From positions 1 to 33,780 of IMG/VR virus record IMGVR_UViG_3300039068_000052: DNA of 33,780 nt, one strand, 5' to 3'. The position numbers and the translations under genes are program-made. Source of the stretch: a virus (lineage: Duplodnaviria; Caudoviricetes). The notes beneath the pieces were generated by a model, which had not been told where the DNA came from, did no database searches, and worked only from the letters and a program-made list of their open reading frames with translations. This document shows positions 7,565-17,062 of this stretch, piece by piece. Positions within the stretch are counted from its first letter, which is position 1. Every line of letters begins with the position of its first letter.

Positions 7565-10500
7565 TATGCGGCCTCCGAGGTCGTGATCAGGGCCTCACCG
7601 CCTTGCGACACGCGGTCGATGTTGCGGGCCATCTGGGCGATGTCCCTGGCCATGCTCGCCATGCTGCGGTTGAGTTGGGCGACCTCCTCGCGAAGGGCCG
7701 GGTCGCCCCCACCGCCGGCCGGCGTCACGCTCACCTTTTCGCCGTAGTTCACGCGCGCGACCGGGACGTTGTTCAGCGAGAGGAGGTTCTGGTCGAGGCC
7801 GGTGTTGCCGCCGACCATGAACTCGCCGCCGTTGGCCATGGCCGGGAGGCCCGACCAGTCGGTGCGAAGGGTCGGCATGACCGGACCAGCGGCGGCGAGC
7901 TGTTGGTCAATGGCCGCTCGCAGCCAGCCCCCCACCGTCGAGGCGCTGGCGATTGCGGAAACCGCCGACGACGCGGCGATGGCCGCCGCCTCGCTCGCCC
8001 GGCGCTGAACGATCAACTGGTCCGCCTGATAGCGGGCCGAGCCCTCGCCATAGATCGACTTCGACGCCTCAAGGAAGGCCTGGCCAGACGTGATGACGCC
8101 CTGCCCGCCCGACGTGAACAGGCTGTTGCGCGCCGCAAGGTAGCTCGCCGACGACGCCCTTCCGCCGACGGAAAGGCCGATCGAGTCCGCGAAGTCCTTC
8201 AGGCTCGTCGAGAGCGCGTTGAACTGGTCCGCAGCCTCTTGGCCGTAGTTGACCACGCCGACCAAGGAAGACGCCAGGTCGTTTGCCGCGCCCGTCGCCT
8301 GCGCCATCTGGGCTTGGGCTTGGGTTTCGACCGTGCCCAAAAACGAGAGATAGCCTTCAGTGGCGCGGCCGGCGGCCTCGTTAGCGGCGTCCTGGGAGGC
8401 CTTCTGTTTGGCGAGCGCATCCACCTCGTCCTCGCGCGCCCAGATGATCGTCTGCAGCGCCTTGCCGGTAGCATCCAGCTTGGCCAGCTCGTCGGCCCGG
8501 GCCGCGTCGCGAGCGCTCGTCGTGCCGAGCACCGCATCGTCCATAGCGTTGAGCTGGCGCATCAGCCCGATGTTGGCTTCCTGATAGCCCCTCGCCGCCT
8601 CGGCCTGCTTGGCCATAGCTTGGCCTTCGTCAAGCCGCGCCCAGTAGATCCGCTTGAGCTCCTGCGAGGTCGCGTCAAGCGCCGCCAACTCGATCTGGCG
8701 AGCCGCGAGCACGGCGCTGTTGCCGCCCGTGACCGCATCGTCCAGGGCCATGAGGTCGAGGCCGATCTTCTGCTGGTCCTGCTGCGCCTTGGCCGCTTCG
8801 GCCGCCCACCGAGCCTGTTCTTCGGCGGCCTTGGCGGTGGCGGTGGCGACTTCCTCAAGAGCCCACAGCCGTTCTTGCAAGTCGACGGCGGCCTGCGAGA
8901 TGGCCGATAGGCGGGCGCGCTCCTTATCGCGCTCCATGTTCGTCGCCTGCAAGGCGATAGTGGCGGCTTCTGCCTCCTTGCCGCTGGCGCGCAAGGCCTC
9001 AGCTTGGGCGCGCAGATATGCGACATTGAGGCCGAACTCGGTATCCACAATGGTCTGCTGGCGCTGCGCCTCTTCGGCCGCGCGTTGGGCAGCTTCTTGG
9101 GCGCGCTGTTGCTTCTTGGCCTTCGAGGATCCGAACAGGCTGCTGACCAGACCCAGACCGCCACCGATGACCGCGCCGACCGGCCCGCCAAGTTGGAAGC
9201 CAGTCAGAGCACCCGACGCCGTGGCGCTGATAGCCGAACCAGTGGACCCGCCGACGATGTTGCCGACACCTTGAGCCAGGGCCGCCGCCGCTTGGAACTT
9301 CGTCGCCGAGTCCGCGCCCTGCTTGAAGGCGTTCTGGACCTGGACAAGCACGCGGGCGAGGCTGGCGAACGCGCTCGTCCAGTCGTTGCGGTTGATCGCG
9401 TCGGCGATGTCTTCGATGTCGAAGCGCAGCCCGCGCGCTTGGCCAGAGGCGTCCTCAAGCACCGTTGCCAGGTTCTCAAGGTCACTCGGGATCCGCACAT
9501 TGCCCAGAGAGCGGTCGAGGTTCTGAGTGGCGTCGTTGAGCGCCTTGACGCGCGCCTCGCTCGCTTGGACAACCTCGGCCATGTACGGCCAGACCTCCTC
9601 GCTGGCCTTAATGAGCGCGTCTTCGTTGAACGCGGCGGCGCGGCGGTAGTCTTCGGTCGCCACGGTAGCGGTGCGGATTGCCGTCGTGGAGCGGTTGACC
9701 GACTCCGTCTGTTTGCCGAATGCCAGGTCTGGCGCTTGGCCCTGCTGAACAACGCGACGGCGAGCCTCCTCGGCCGCCTTCGTTGCCTCCTCAAGGTTCT
9801 TGGCGGCCTTCTTGTAGAGTTCGGTTTCCTTGTTGATCGCGCCGCCAGCCGAGATGGTGGAGAAGCCACCAACGCCAGTCGAGAAGCCAGAGCGGGCGCC
9901 AGGACGGTTGAGCCGGTCAAACTCCTCTTGTGCCTTGCGAAGGTTCTCACCGGCCTTCAGCGCAGCCTCGTTCGTCTGGTTGAGCGCGGCCGCACGTTGA
10001 AGGCGGATTTGCTCGGCGAGCGAGGTGTTCGTCTTGCGGATCCACTCGTCAAAGTTCCGCTGGCCCTCGGCCGCCAGGTCGGCGCTGGCCTTGGCCTGCG
10101 AAAGCAGCGGCGAGATTTGACCGAGCGCCTTATCTTGCTCCTGGAGGCGCTTGGTGGTGTCCTCGATCGCCTTGGCCTGCTTCTGGTAGGCGTCATAGAC
10201 GACCCAGGCCGCCGCGCCGATAGCGGTAAGGCCGGCGATCCACGGGGCGAACGTCACCAGGAGTCCGCGCGCGGCGAGCGCCGTTTCGGCGATGATGGCC
10301 TTGAGGCCCACCCCTTGCGTCTTGGCCATCGCTAGGGCGTCGGCAACCTGCGGGCCCTGCTGAATGAGGATCAAGAGCGGGCTTTGGCCGCCGGCAAGCT
10401 GGACGCCAATGTCCGTGAACTGCCGACCGAGGTTCAGCGTCGCTTGGTTCAGCGCCGCCGTGTTCTTGATCGCCGTGCCGTGAAGGCTGTTCAGGCGGTC

Positions 10501-10740
10501 TTGCGTGCGGGCGACGGCGGCCTGTTCGTCGGCGAGATGGCTGAACACGCCCATCGCGCGTTGCGCCTCTTCGGCGACAGCCTTCTCGGCGGCAGAGAGC
10601 TTGCGCGATGATCCGGCGAGGTCGTTGGCGGCGACCTCGGCCTTGCCGGCGGCGCTGGTGAGTTGGTCAAGAGCGACGGCGGCCTTGGCCGGATCAGTGG
10701 CGTCAACCTTGAGGCCAAGCGGCGCGATGAACTCTTCCAT
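7564..10740 (-). CDS. Tape measure protein (lambda-type N-terminal TMP motif)
   Basis: NLGRQFTDIGVQLAGGQSPLLILIQQGPQ motif; Ala/Gln/Glu-rich helical body; C-terminal PAMANGG motif; true start ATG 10740 after AAGGAGG. Confidence 0.93.
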   Translation of the reverse strand: MEEFIAPLGLKVDATDPAKAAVALDQLTSAAGKAEVAANDLAGSSRKLSAAEKAVAEEAQRAMGVFSHLADEQAAVARTQDRLNSLHGTAIKNTAALNQATLNLGRQFTDIGVQLAGGQSPLLILIQQGPQVADALAMAKTQGVGLKAIIAETALAARGLLVTFAPWIAGLTAIGAAAWVVYDAYQKQAKAIEDTTKRLQEQDKALGQISPLLSQAKASADLAAEGQRNFDEWIRKTNTSLAEQIRLQRAAALNQTNEAALKAGENLRKAQEEFDRLNRPGARSGFSTGVGGFSTISAGGAINKETELYKKAAKNLEEATKAAEEARRRVVQQGQAPDLAFGKQTESVNRSTTAIRTATVATEDYRRAAAFNEDALIKASEEVWPYMAEVVQASEARVKALNDATQNLDRSLGNVRIPSDLENLATVLEDASGQARGLRFDIEDIADAINRNDWTSAFASLARVLVQVQNAFKQGADSATKFQAAAALAQGVGNIVGGSTGSAISATASGALTGFQLGGPVGAVIGGGLGLVSSLFGSSKAKKQQRAQEAAQRAAEEAQRQQTIVDTEFGLNVAYLRAQAEALRASGKEAEAATIALQATNMERDKERARLSAISQAAVDLQERLWALEEVATATAKAAEEQARWAAEAAKAQQDQQKIGLDLMALDDAVTGGNSAVLAARQIELAALDATSQELKRIYWARLDEGQAMAKQAEAARGYQEANIGLMRQLNAMDDAVLGTTSARDAARADELAKLDATGKALQTIIWAREDEVDALAKQKASQDAANEAAGRATEGYLSFLGTVETQAQAQMAQATGAANDLASSLVGVVNYGQEAADQFNALSTSLKDFADSIGLSVGGRASSASYLAARNSLFTSGGQGVITSGQAFLEASKSIYGEGSARYQADQLIVQRRASEAAAIAASSAVSAIASASTVGGWLRAAIDQQLAAAGPVMPTLRTDWSGLPAMANGGEFMVGGNTGLDQNLLSLNNVPVARVNYGEKVSVTPAGGGGDPALREEVAQLNRSMASMARDIAQMARNIDRVSQGGEALITTSEAA

Positions 10741-10751
10741 CTTGGCCTCCT

Positions 10752-11117
10752 TCAGGTCTTCTTGGGGGACATGGCCGCGACGAAAGCCGCGTCGAGCGCC
10801 AGGATGGCCCGCCGCTCCCATGGATGCAGGCAAACGCCCTCGTCGCGCTCCCAGGCCTGGATCTCAGTGCGAGGGATGCGGCAAAGGCTCATGCCATTAG
10901 ACGGCCGGGTTGCGGAGAGATCGCAGAACCAGCGCCAGACGTGCGCGACATGCTGGGATAGCGGCGGGGGATTGGCGAGGCGCCAGGCGGACTCGATACC
11001 GCCCTGCCTGGCGTCGCTTTCTAGGTGGACGCGAAGAGGCGTCCCGTCGTCGGCCAGGGCGGCAAGGGCGAACTGCTCCTTGCCGTACTCGATCAGGCCT
11101 CCGATGAGGCCTTCATA
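10752..11117 (-). CDS. Tail assembly chaperone T segment, expressed as a G-T fusion via -1 frameshift
   Basis: Open -1 frame with no dedicated start at its 5' end: YEGLIGGLIEYGKEQF...VWRWFCDLSATR...EIQAW...PWERRAILALD...*. Preceded by slippery A-AAT-TTT at 11117-11123. Confidence 0.85.
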   Translation of the reverse strand, partial: YEGLIGGLIEYGKEQFALAALADDGTPLRVHLESDARQGGIESAWRLANPPPLSQHVAHVWRWFCDLSATRPSNGMSLCRIPRTEIQAWERDEGVCLHPWERRAILALDAAFVAAMSPKKT

Positions 11118-11524
11118 AAATTTCCAAGGTCGTTGCTGGCGTCCAGAACCTGCTTGGAAATGTCAGGGTGGCGGCTGACCAGCTTGTGGGCGCCCTCAGG
11201 GGTGAACGGCGTCTTGAGGTTCCAGCCGACGACGCGAACGGCCGCCAAGCGATGCCCGAACGCGATGTCGTCCTCGACCGTCACCACCGGAGTCGCGCCG
11301 ACGCCGATGCGGGAGGCCATAGCTTCGGCCTGCGCCTGCTGCTTCCGGCGCCCGTTCACCAGCTTGTTGATCTCGGCTTGAACCTTCTCGCACTCAGAGC
11401 CGAGGACCTTCAGGACCAGCCCGTCCTCGGAGCCGTTGCGCTTCAGCACCTTCAGTTCGAAAGGCGTGTCGCTGGCGGCGACGGCGTCATAGTAGTCGAG
11501 ATCGCGGTCAAGAAGTTCGGTCAT
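11093..11524 (-). CDS. Tail assembly chaperone G
   Basis: Between tail tube and tape measure genes; VVGWNL...FTPE...LV motif; ends DLGNFMK over the slippery site. Confidence 0.85.
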   Translation of the reverse strand: MTELLDRDLDYYDAVAASDTPFELKVLKRNGSEDGLVLKVLGSECEKVQAEINKLVNGRRKQQAQAEAMASRIGVGATPVVTVEDDIAFGHRLAAVRVVGWNLKTPFTPEGAHKLVSRHPDISKQVLDASNDLGNFMKASSEA

Positions 11525-11648
11525 GTCGTTGTCCTTGAAAAGGACGCCCGGGCGCGACCACGGGCGTTGAAGTTTGCAGAGGGAGGGGATTGCCGCGATG
11601 AACTGCCCTCGCGGCCAAGGCTACCGGCTAGGCCGGATGGTCGGCCGC

Positions 11649-12866
11649 TTAGGCGGCGGCGCTGTCCTGATAGGCGAAGATCGTCTGTTCCGACGACGTA
11701 CCCGAGCCGCCCGCGCTGTTGTATTGCGCCTCGAAGGGGTAGGTGCGGACGATCGCCGTCTCACCGTCGTTGGCGCTGTCGTTGGTCAGCTTGAGGGTCG
11801 GGATGACCAGCACGATGAAGTTGGCGTCGGCCGAGCCGTCTTCGGTGATGACCAGGATCAGCGAAGTGGTCGTGCGGTTGTCGTAGATGGTCTGCAGGGT
11901 CGTGCCGTCGAACTTGGCCGAGAACTGGCCAGAGACCGACACCCGGCCGCGCTGGAGGTCATCCACGATGTTGGAGCCCACGACCGCATCCGAATGGGTC
12001 GTGTTGCCGTTGACGGTGATCTGGGCGGCCGTGACGTTGGCCACCGGAGCGCCATCGACCATCACCACGCCGTTGACGGCGGCGAGCGGGTCGGTCGTGG
12101 TTTCGGCGGCCGGCGAGGTCAGGACTTGCGAGCTGCCGAGCGTGCGCTGGCGGCCCGGCGCGTCGAGCTGGATGGTCGCGTTGCCCGTGGCCGGGAGGTC
12201 GAACGAAGCCTGGGCGATCTGACAGTCGGTGAAGGTCTCCGACTTGGTGAGGTCCGAATAGTACTCTTCGAACGTGTAGTAGTCGGTCGTGTGGCCGGTG
12301 GCCGGGACGTAGGACTTCTTGCCCGGCGCGGTGATCGTCGCCGATGCGATCGGGCCCTCGGCCGTCAGAGCGGTGCCGTTGACCACCTTGACCGTCAGGA
12401 CCGTGCCCGTCATCGAGACGATGAGCAGGTTCTTGTCCTTGGTCCCCGCCGTGAACGTGCCCGCCGTGATGCGGACCACGTTGCCGACCTTCAGCCCATC
12501 GGTGATGAACGAGCCCGACGCGCGGGTGATCGTGTAGTTGGAGCCCGACGTGGCGATCGTCAGGGACAGGCCGGTCAGGGCCGTGACGCTGGTCAGATCC
12601 TTGCGGAGCAGCGAGGCGACAAGGGCCGCATAGGTGCCCGGCGACAGGATGCCGTTGATCTGGCCCGCCGGCTTGACGACGCCGTGGGTCACGCCCGTCG
12701 ATTGCTGGTGAGAGACGATCTCGTTGTTGGTGTAGGTGTCGGCCGGCGCCGAAAACGACGAGGTCTCACGGCGCAGCTTTTGGCCGCCCGAACCGCTCGC
12801 CGCCGTGCCGAGGCCCGACTGCTTCTTGTAGGCGAGAGTTTTGTTGATGCCCTGGGCGACAGCCAT
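11649..12866 (-). CDS. Major tail tube protein
   Basis: 405 aa, Thr/Ser/Gly-rich; LAYKKQSGLG and YYTFEEYYSD motifs; position before the chaperone. Confidence 0.85.
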   Translation of the reverse strand: MAVAQGINKTLAYKKQSGLGTAASGSGGQKLRRETSSFSAPADTYTNNEIVSHQQSTGVTHGVVKPAGQINGILSPGTYAALVASLLRKDLTSVTALTGLSLTIATSGSNYTITRASGSFITDGLKVGNVVRITAGTFTAGTKDKNLLIVSMTGTVLTVKVVNGTALTAEGPIASATITAPGKKSYVPATGHTTDYYTFEEYYSDLTKSETFTDCQIAQASFDLPATGNATIQLDAPGRQRTLGSSQVLTSPAAETTTDPLAAVNGVVMVDGAPVANVTAAQITVNGNTTHSDAVVGSNIVDDLQRGRVSVSGQFSAKFDGTTLQTIYDNRTTTSLILVITEDGSADANFIVLVIPTLKLTNDSANDGETAIVRTYPFEAQYNSAGGSGTSSEQTIFAYQDSAAA

Positions 12867-12894
12867 CGGGGTTCTCCATAGTCAAGGGACGAGG

Positions 12895-12923
12895 AAAACC
12901 GCCGGGCGGGATGCCTCGGCGGT
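12895..12923 (-). terminator. Hairpin with short U tract upstream of tail tube gene
   Basis: Minus strand AACCGCCG...CGGCGGTTTT. Confidence 0.45.
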
Positions 12924-12947
12924 TGGTTTCTGTCGGCTGTCTGGCCG

Positions 12948-13343
12948 TCAGGAAGCGGTGAAGGGGATGCGGACGGGCGTGACGAAGAACGAGCCGTCGA
13001 CCTGGCCGGGAAGAACAGTCGGCGTCCGGTTGACCGTGACCGTCGTGGAGCCGTTGGTGAAGCTCTGGCCACGGGCGAAGGTCACGCGAAGGGCGTCGAT
13101 CCGCGTCATGGTGTCGTCAAGCGAGCTGTTAACCGGGTAGCAGAGCCCGACCTGAAGGAAGCCGCGCTCCTGCCAGTTCGAGCCGAACTCAGCGTTATCC
13201 GGTTCGGCGAAGAGCACGTCGGCTCGCTGATAGGCTTGGCCCACGGTCGGGCTGTACTTCGTGTTGGTGCTAGCGACCGGCAGCGAGGGCGTCATGGCCC
13301 CCAGGGCGGCCAGGAGCGCCGCGCGGGCTTCAGATGCGGCCAT
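12948..13343 (-). CDS. Tail terminator-like protein (DUF4128-type)
   Basis: GFLQVGLCYP...F.RG...PVRIPF pattern; position immediately before tail tube. Confidence 0.75.
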   Translation of the reverse strand: MAASEARAALLAALGAMTPSLPVASTNTKYSPTVGQAYQRADVLFAEPDNAEFGSNWQERGFLQVGLCYPVNSSLDDTMTRIDALRVTFARGQSFTNGSTTVTVNRTPTVLPGQVDGSFFVTPVRIPFTAS

Positions 13344-13346
13344 CCC

Positions 13347-13772
13347 CTACCCTCCGACGACCCCGAGCCCGTCGCGCGCCTCACGGGCGGCGGTGGACAC
13401 GATCGAGTTGAACTCCATGGCCGTGATCCCGACCATCCCCAGCGGCGCTTGCTTGGACCATCCCGTTTCGAGGCGGTTCGCATACGGAAGATTGTTCGTG
13501 ATCCAGATCACCTTGCCGATCCCGGCCGCCGAGACGTTGGGCGTTTCAGGGCGAGGTGCGCGGTTCTCGCTGGTCCAGTTTCCCGACACGACGCCGCGCG
13601 CCCTGGCGTTGACGCTGTACTGCCAGTTCCGGCGAAAGGCGCCCGTATCAACGGGGCTCTTGTCGATCAGTCGCGCCCAGAGGTCGAGCGTGACCTTGCG
13701 GACCACCAAGTCGGCGTTTTCCTTCGCCTGGCTCGCCCATTCGGCGACGCGAAGCTCAAAGGTCCCGGCCAT
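13347..13772 (-). CDS. HK97 gp10-like tail completion protein
   Basis: SPVDTGAFRRNW, NNLPYANRLETGWSKQAP.GMV motifs. Confidence 0.85.
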   Translation of the reverse strand: MAGTFELRVAEWASQAKENADLVVRKVTLDLWARLIDKSPVDTGAFRRNWQYSVNARARGVVSGNWTSENRAPRPETPNVSAAGIGKVIWITNNLPYANRLETGWSKQAPLGMVGITAMEFNSIVSTAAREARDGLGVVGG

Positions 13773-14110
13773 TATCGGCGAAGCTGCAGGGTGTATAGGA
13801 CGGCGGTGTCAGCCGGGCTCACGGGCATGACCCGTTTGACCATCCAGACCGTGCCGTCCGCATAGGTGACAGTGTCCGCGTCGGCCTCGGGCTTTTCCAC
13901 CGCAGCGCCGGCCGTGCTGGTGACGGCCATGTGAAGCTTCACGTCGCCAACCTCGACCACCCGGCCGTCGATCGACTTGTCCTCATAGGCCTCTTCGAGC
14001 GCCTTGACGGTCTGAGATCCGCCAGCCGCGCGCGTCAGGGTGACGCTCTTGCCGTACTTCTCCAGAAGATCGGCCGCGCGCGAGGCGAAGCGGCTATAGA
14101 GGGCCGTCAT
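13772..14110 (-). CDS. Head closure / head-tail joining protein
   Basis: LLEKYGKSVTL...GDVKL...P...VLYTLQLRR pattern; neck position. Confidence 0.75.
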   Translation of the reverse strand: MTALYSRFASRAADLLEKYGKSVTLTRAAGGSQTVKALEEAYEDKSIDGRVVEVGDVKLHMAVTSTAGAAVEKPEADADTVTYADGTVWMVKRVMPVSPADTAVLYTLQLRR

Positions 14111-14637
14111 CCGCGCGCCAGCCTGATTTGACCGCTGTTGGCGACCATGAACGGGGCCAGCAGGCCCTCAACGCTGCGATAGTTGGTGCCGGCCGTCGTG
14201 GCGTCCTGATATTCGATCTCGAGCGGGCCGACCTTCTCGCGCTTCACGGCTTGCGAGCCATCCGCGACCAGATCGCCCGACGCGGCCTTGAGCGCCAGTT
14301 CGGCGCAGGCGCGGGCCACGGCGGCCGGAACGCTGTCACTGGCGTAGTAGCTGACACCGCCATAGTCGAACGCGCCCGGCCCGTCCGTCATCGGCACGTC
14401 GTAGCGGGGCCAGTCGAGCGCCTGAGTGGACGAGACGCGCACGCCAGCCCAGCGCCCGCGATAGGCCTGGAGCATGTAGTCGGTCGCCTTGCGAAGCAGT
14501 TGCTCGCGGACGGTGTCGGAGGCCAGGGCGGCCCATGCGGCGTTGCCGCGCGCGGTGTGATAGGCGCTCGCGTCCGCAACCGAGATGTAGGACTCGGCGT
14601 CCGAACGCGCGCTCCCGGTTTCGACAACGAGCGCCAT
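14107..14637 (-). CDS. Head-tail adaptor (family often annotated as DnaT-like ssDNA-binding)
   Basis: MALVVETG...AESYISVADA, QALDWPR, REKVGPLEIEY motifs. Confidence 0.85.
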   Translation of the reverse strand: MALVVETGSARSDAESYISVADASAYHTARGNAAWAALASDTVREQLLRKATDYMLQAYRGRWAGVRVSSTQALDWPRYDVPMTDGPGAFDYGGVSYYASDSVPAAVARACAELALKAASGDLVADGSQAVKREKVGPLEIEYQDATTAGTNYRSVEGLLAPFMVANSGQIRLARG

Positions 14638-14640
14638 CGC

Positions 14641-15108
14641 TTAAGCCACCGTCGCCAGCATCGCAGCCAGGTCCTCGACCGTCGCGCCCGCTTCCCATTC
14701 CACGCCGGCCTTGGTCAGCTTGTCATGGGCTTCGCGGATCGACAGGCCGCCAAGGGCCTCTTGCGGCTCCTCGCGGCGGCGGTGCTCGATGATGTCGGAA
14801 ATCCAGCCGTTGGCCTGTTCGGCGCTCGGCTCGCCATCGACCCAGCCCAACTCCTTGGCCAGGGCGACGCGCTGTTTCCAGTGCAGCTCCCTCCAGTCGT
14901 CAGGGATGGCCAGCGGAAGGGCCTCGCCCTCGCCCGTACCGGCGAGCGGAGCGCTCAGGGCGACGGCTTCGGATTGGCCACCGGCAGCGGCCTTCCACCC
15001 CAGCTTTTCAAAGGCGGCCACGTCGTCAGGCCGAACGTTGGCCTCAAAGCTTTCCGGGAACTCGTTCTCGTCGCGCACCATGCAGACGCGGTCGTCTTGT
15101 TCGCTCAT
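14641..15108 (-). CDS. Acidic hypothetical protein after capsid gene (packaging/FI-like position)
   Basis: 155 aa; GAGGG RBS; IPDDWRELHW and C-terminal L...GVEW...AT...L small helical motifs. Confidence 0.6.
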   Translation of the reverse strand: MSEQDDRVCMVRDENEFPESFEANVRPDDVAAFEKLGWKAAAGGQSEAVALSAPLAGTGEGEALPLAIPDDWRELHWKQRVALAKELGWVDGEPSAEQANGWISDIIEHRRREEPQEALGGLSIREAHDKLTKAGVEWEAGATVEDLAAMLATVA

Positions 15109-15124
15109 GATTTCCCTCTCTGCG

Positions 15125-15169
15125 AAAACACGAAGGGCCCAGAGCGTTGAAGCTGCCGAGCCCTTCGTG
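15125..15169 (-). terminator. Intrinsic terminator after major capsid gene
   Basis: CACGAAGGGC...GCCCTTCGTG followed by TTTT on the minus strand. Confidence 0.7.
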
Positions 15170-15191
15170 GGTCAGTGGTTGTTGAGGCCGA

Positions 15192-16361
15192 TTAGCCCAG
15201 CAGGGTCGCGACGTGCCCGGACTTCACGCCCGCGACACCCCAGGCCAGACCGACCTCGATCTTCACGCGGCGGTACTGGCGGTACATCGCCACTTGGAAG
15301 ACCAGACCCGAGATCGGGTCCGTCACCAGCATGACGTCGTCGGCGTTGTCGCCGCCTTCCGGCATGGCCGGGACGCGGGCGGCCAGGATCAGCGCATTGG
15401 CCGAGAAGCCGATGTTGGGCGTGTAGCTGTTCCCGATGGTGACGGCATCGTTGTTGGCAGCGGCGACCAGAAGGCCCGGGTTGCCGATCACGATGTCGCC
15501 GGCCGTGGCGACCAAGCCAGTGTTGACGACGTACTTGTTCGCCGAGTCGCTCGCGTGGGTGACGATGTCGCCAGCCAGGATGCCCGTGGTGTTCACGGTG
15601 ATCGTGTCCAGCGTCAGGGTCGTTTGACCAACGCCCTCATTGGAGGCGTTGTCGATCAGCGCACCGGTCGCCGCGCCCTTGGTGTGCAGGGTCAGGCCGG
15701 CCGAATAGCCCATGGTGAAGCCCTGGAGCTGGCGCATCTGGCGTTGGCGCAGCATGGCGCCGGCGTCGCCAGCCTCGTTGACCTTGAACAGTTCCGAGTG
15801 CTTGCCTTCCAGCTTCGCACGGGCGGCCGAGTTCAGGATCATGACGCGACCAGTCGCCGGGGCGCCGTTGTCGTCGAGGATGCGGTTGATTTCGGCCAGG
15901 TCCGACAGGTCGCCAGCGGTCGCGAAGGGCGTGGTGCCCGCCGTGCCGTAGGCGCGCGAGGCGCGTTGCTTGGCGATCGTGGCCAGATCGGTTTCCACCG
16001 CGTTCGCCAGCGCGCGGAAGGCTTGCTGGAATTGGCCGGCGAGGATGGTGTTGTACTGGCCGAACTGGCTCACCGAGAGCTGCTCTTCGCCGGTCCAGCG
16101 GATCGGAGCGACCTTCGACTTGGTGATCGTCACGTCGGCGTAGCCGATGGTCTGATCGCCGCTATCGGCGGGGGTCGCGCCGGGGGTGACGTCTTCCAGG
16201 CTGGTGGCCGGGGCGATCGGCGAGCGAACGGTCTGGTTGACCGCGCCGCTTTCCGAACGAGCGTCACGCTGGACGTTCGGGATGAAGCCGATCTGTTCGC
16301 GCGAGACGACATCAAGGGCGGTGTAGATGGTCGGGATAAGACCCGTCAGGGTATTGCTCAT
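15192..16361 (-). CDS. Major capsid protein, P22 coat (gp5) family
   Basis: MSNTLTGLIPTIYTALDVVSRE.IGFIP start; TDPISGLVFQVAMYRQYR and AWGVAGVK end motifs. Confidence 0.92.
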   Translation of the reverse strand: MSNTLTGLIPTIYTALDVVSREQIGFIPNVQRDARSESGAVNQTVRSPIAPATSLEDVTPGATPADSGDQTIGYADVTITKSKVAPIRWTGEEQLSVSQFGQYNTILAGQFQQAFRALANAVETDLATIAKQRASRAYGTAGTTPFATAGDLSDLAEINRILDDNGAPATGRVMILNSAARAKLEGKHSELFKVNEAGDAGAMLRQRQMRQLQGFTMGYSAGLTLHTKGAATGALIDNASNEGVGQTTLTLDTITVNTTGILAGDIVTHASDSANKYVVNTGLVATAGDIVIGNPGLLVAAANNDAVTIGNSYTPNIGFSANALILAARVPAMPEGGDNADDVMLVTDPISGLVFQVAMYRQYRRVKIEVGLAWGVAGVKSGHVATLLG

Positions 16362-16468
16362 GTCATTGTTTCCGTGTAAGTTTGCCTAATGGACGATGTG
16401 CTTGGGTTTCCAACCCGAACGCCATTTGGCATCCGCCGCATGGCAACAACCCTCGAAGGATCGAAGGC

Positions 16469-17062
16469 ATGACCGTGTGCTCTGTTGAGGGCTGCTTCCG
16501 CAGCTCTCTGCACAAGGACAGTGGGAAGCGCGGGATGTGCTCACTGCACTATCAGCGCTTTAGAAAGCATGGGGACGTGACGAAGATCGGTCGCGCCCCC
16601 TCTCCAGCCTTGGACTGGATTAAGGACCACGCAAGCCATGCAGGTGACGATTGCCTAGCCTGGCCGTTTCACGTTGGTTCCGATGGATACGGCCGCGTTC
16701 ATCATCCAAGCGATCAACGGCTGACGACGGCCTCATTCTACATGTGCGAAGTCGTTTATGGTCCGCGACCGACGCCAAAGCACGAGGCCGCACATTCTTG
16801 CGGCCGAGGAAATCAGGCCTGCGTCAACCCAAAGCATCTGCGATGGGCCACGCCATCTGAAAACCAGGGTGAACGCGCCGACCACGGGACAAGCAACCGT
16901 GGCGCCCAGCAATGGAACGCCCGCCTAACAGACGACGACGTTCGAACAATTAGGCGGCTGAGCGCCACTCAGACCGGAGCCTCTATAGCTAAGCTGTACG
17001 GCCTCAATCAGTCTTACGTTAGCCAGATCATAAACCGCAAACGTTGGGGCTGGTTGGACTAG
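16469..17062 (+). CDS. HNH (Zn-binding, His-Cys-box-like) homing endonuclease
   Basis: CSVEGC...MCSLHYQRFRKHG N-terminus; CLAWP, GYG, HSCGRGNQACVNPKHLRWATPSEN; C-terminal HTH. Antisense to flanking genes, stop overlaps scaffold stop (CTAG). Confidence 0.9.
   Translation: MTVCSVEGCFRSSLHKDSGKRGMCSLHYQRFRKHGDVTKIGRAPSPALDWIKDHASHAGDDCLAWPFHVGSDGYGRVHHPSDQRLTTASFYMCEVVYGPRPTPKHEAAHSCGRGNQACVNPKHLRWATPSENQGERADHGTSNRGAQQWNARLTDDDVRTIRRLSATQTGASIAKLYGLNQSYVSQIINRKRWGWLD

Noticed and set aside
10741-10833. N-terminal extension of the tape measure ORF in the track
   Set aside because: Overlaps the T chaperone frame; the strong AAGGAGG RBS points to ATG 10740
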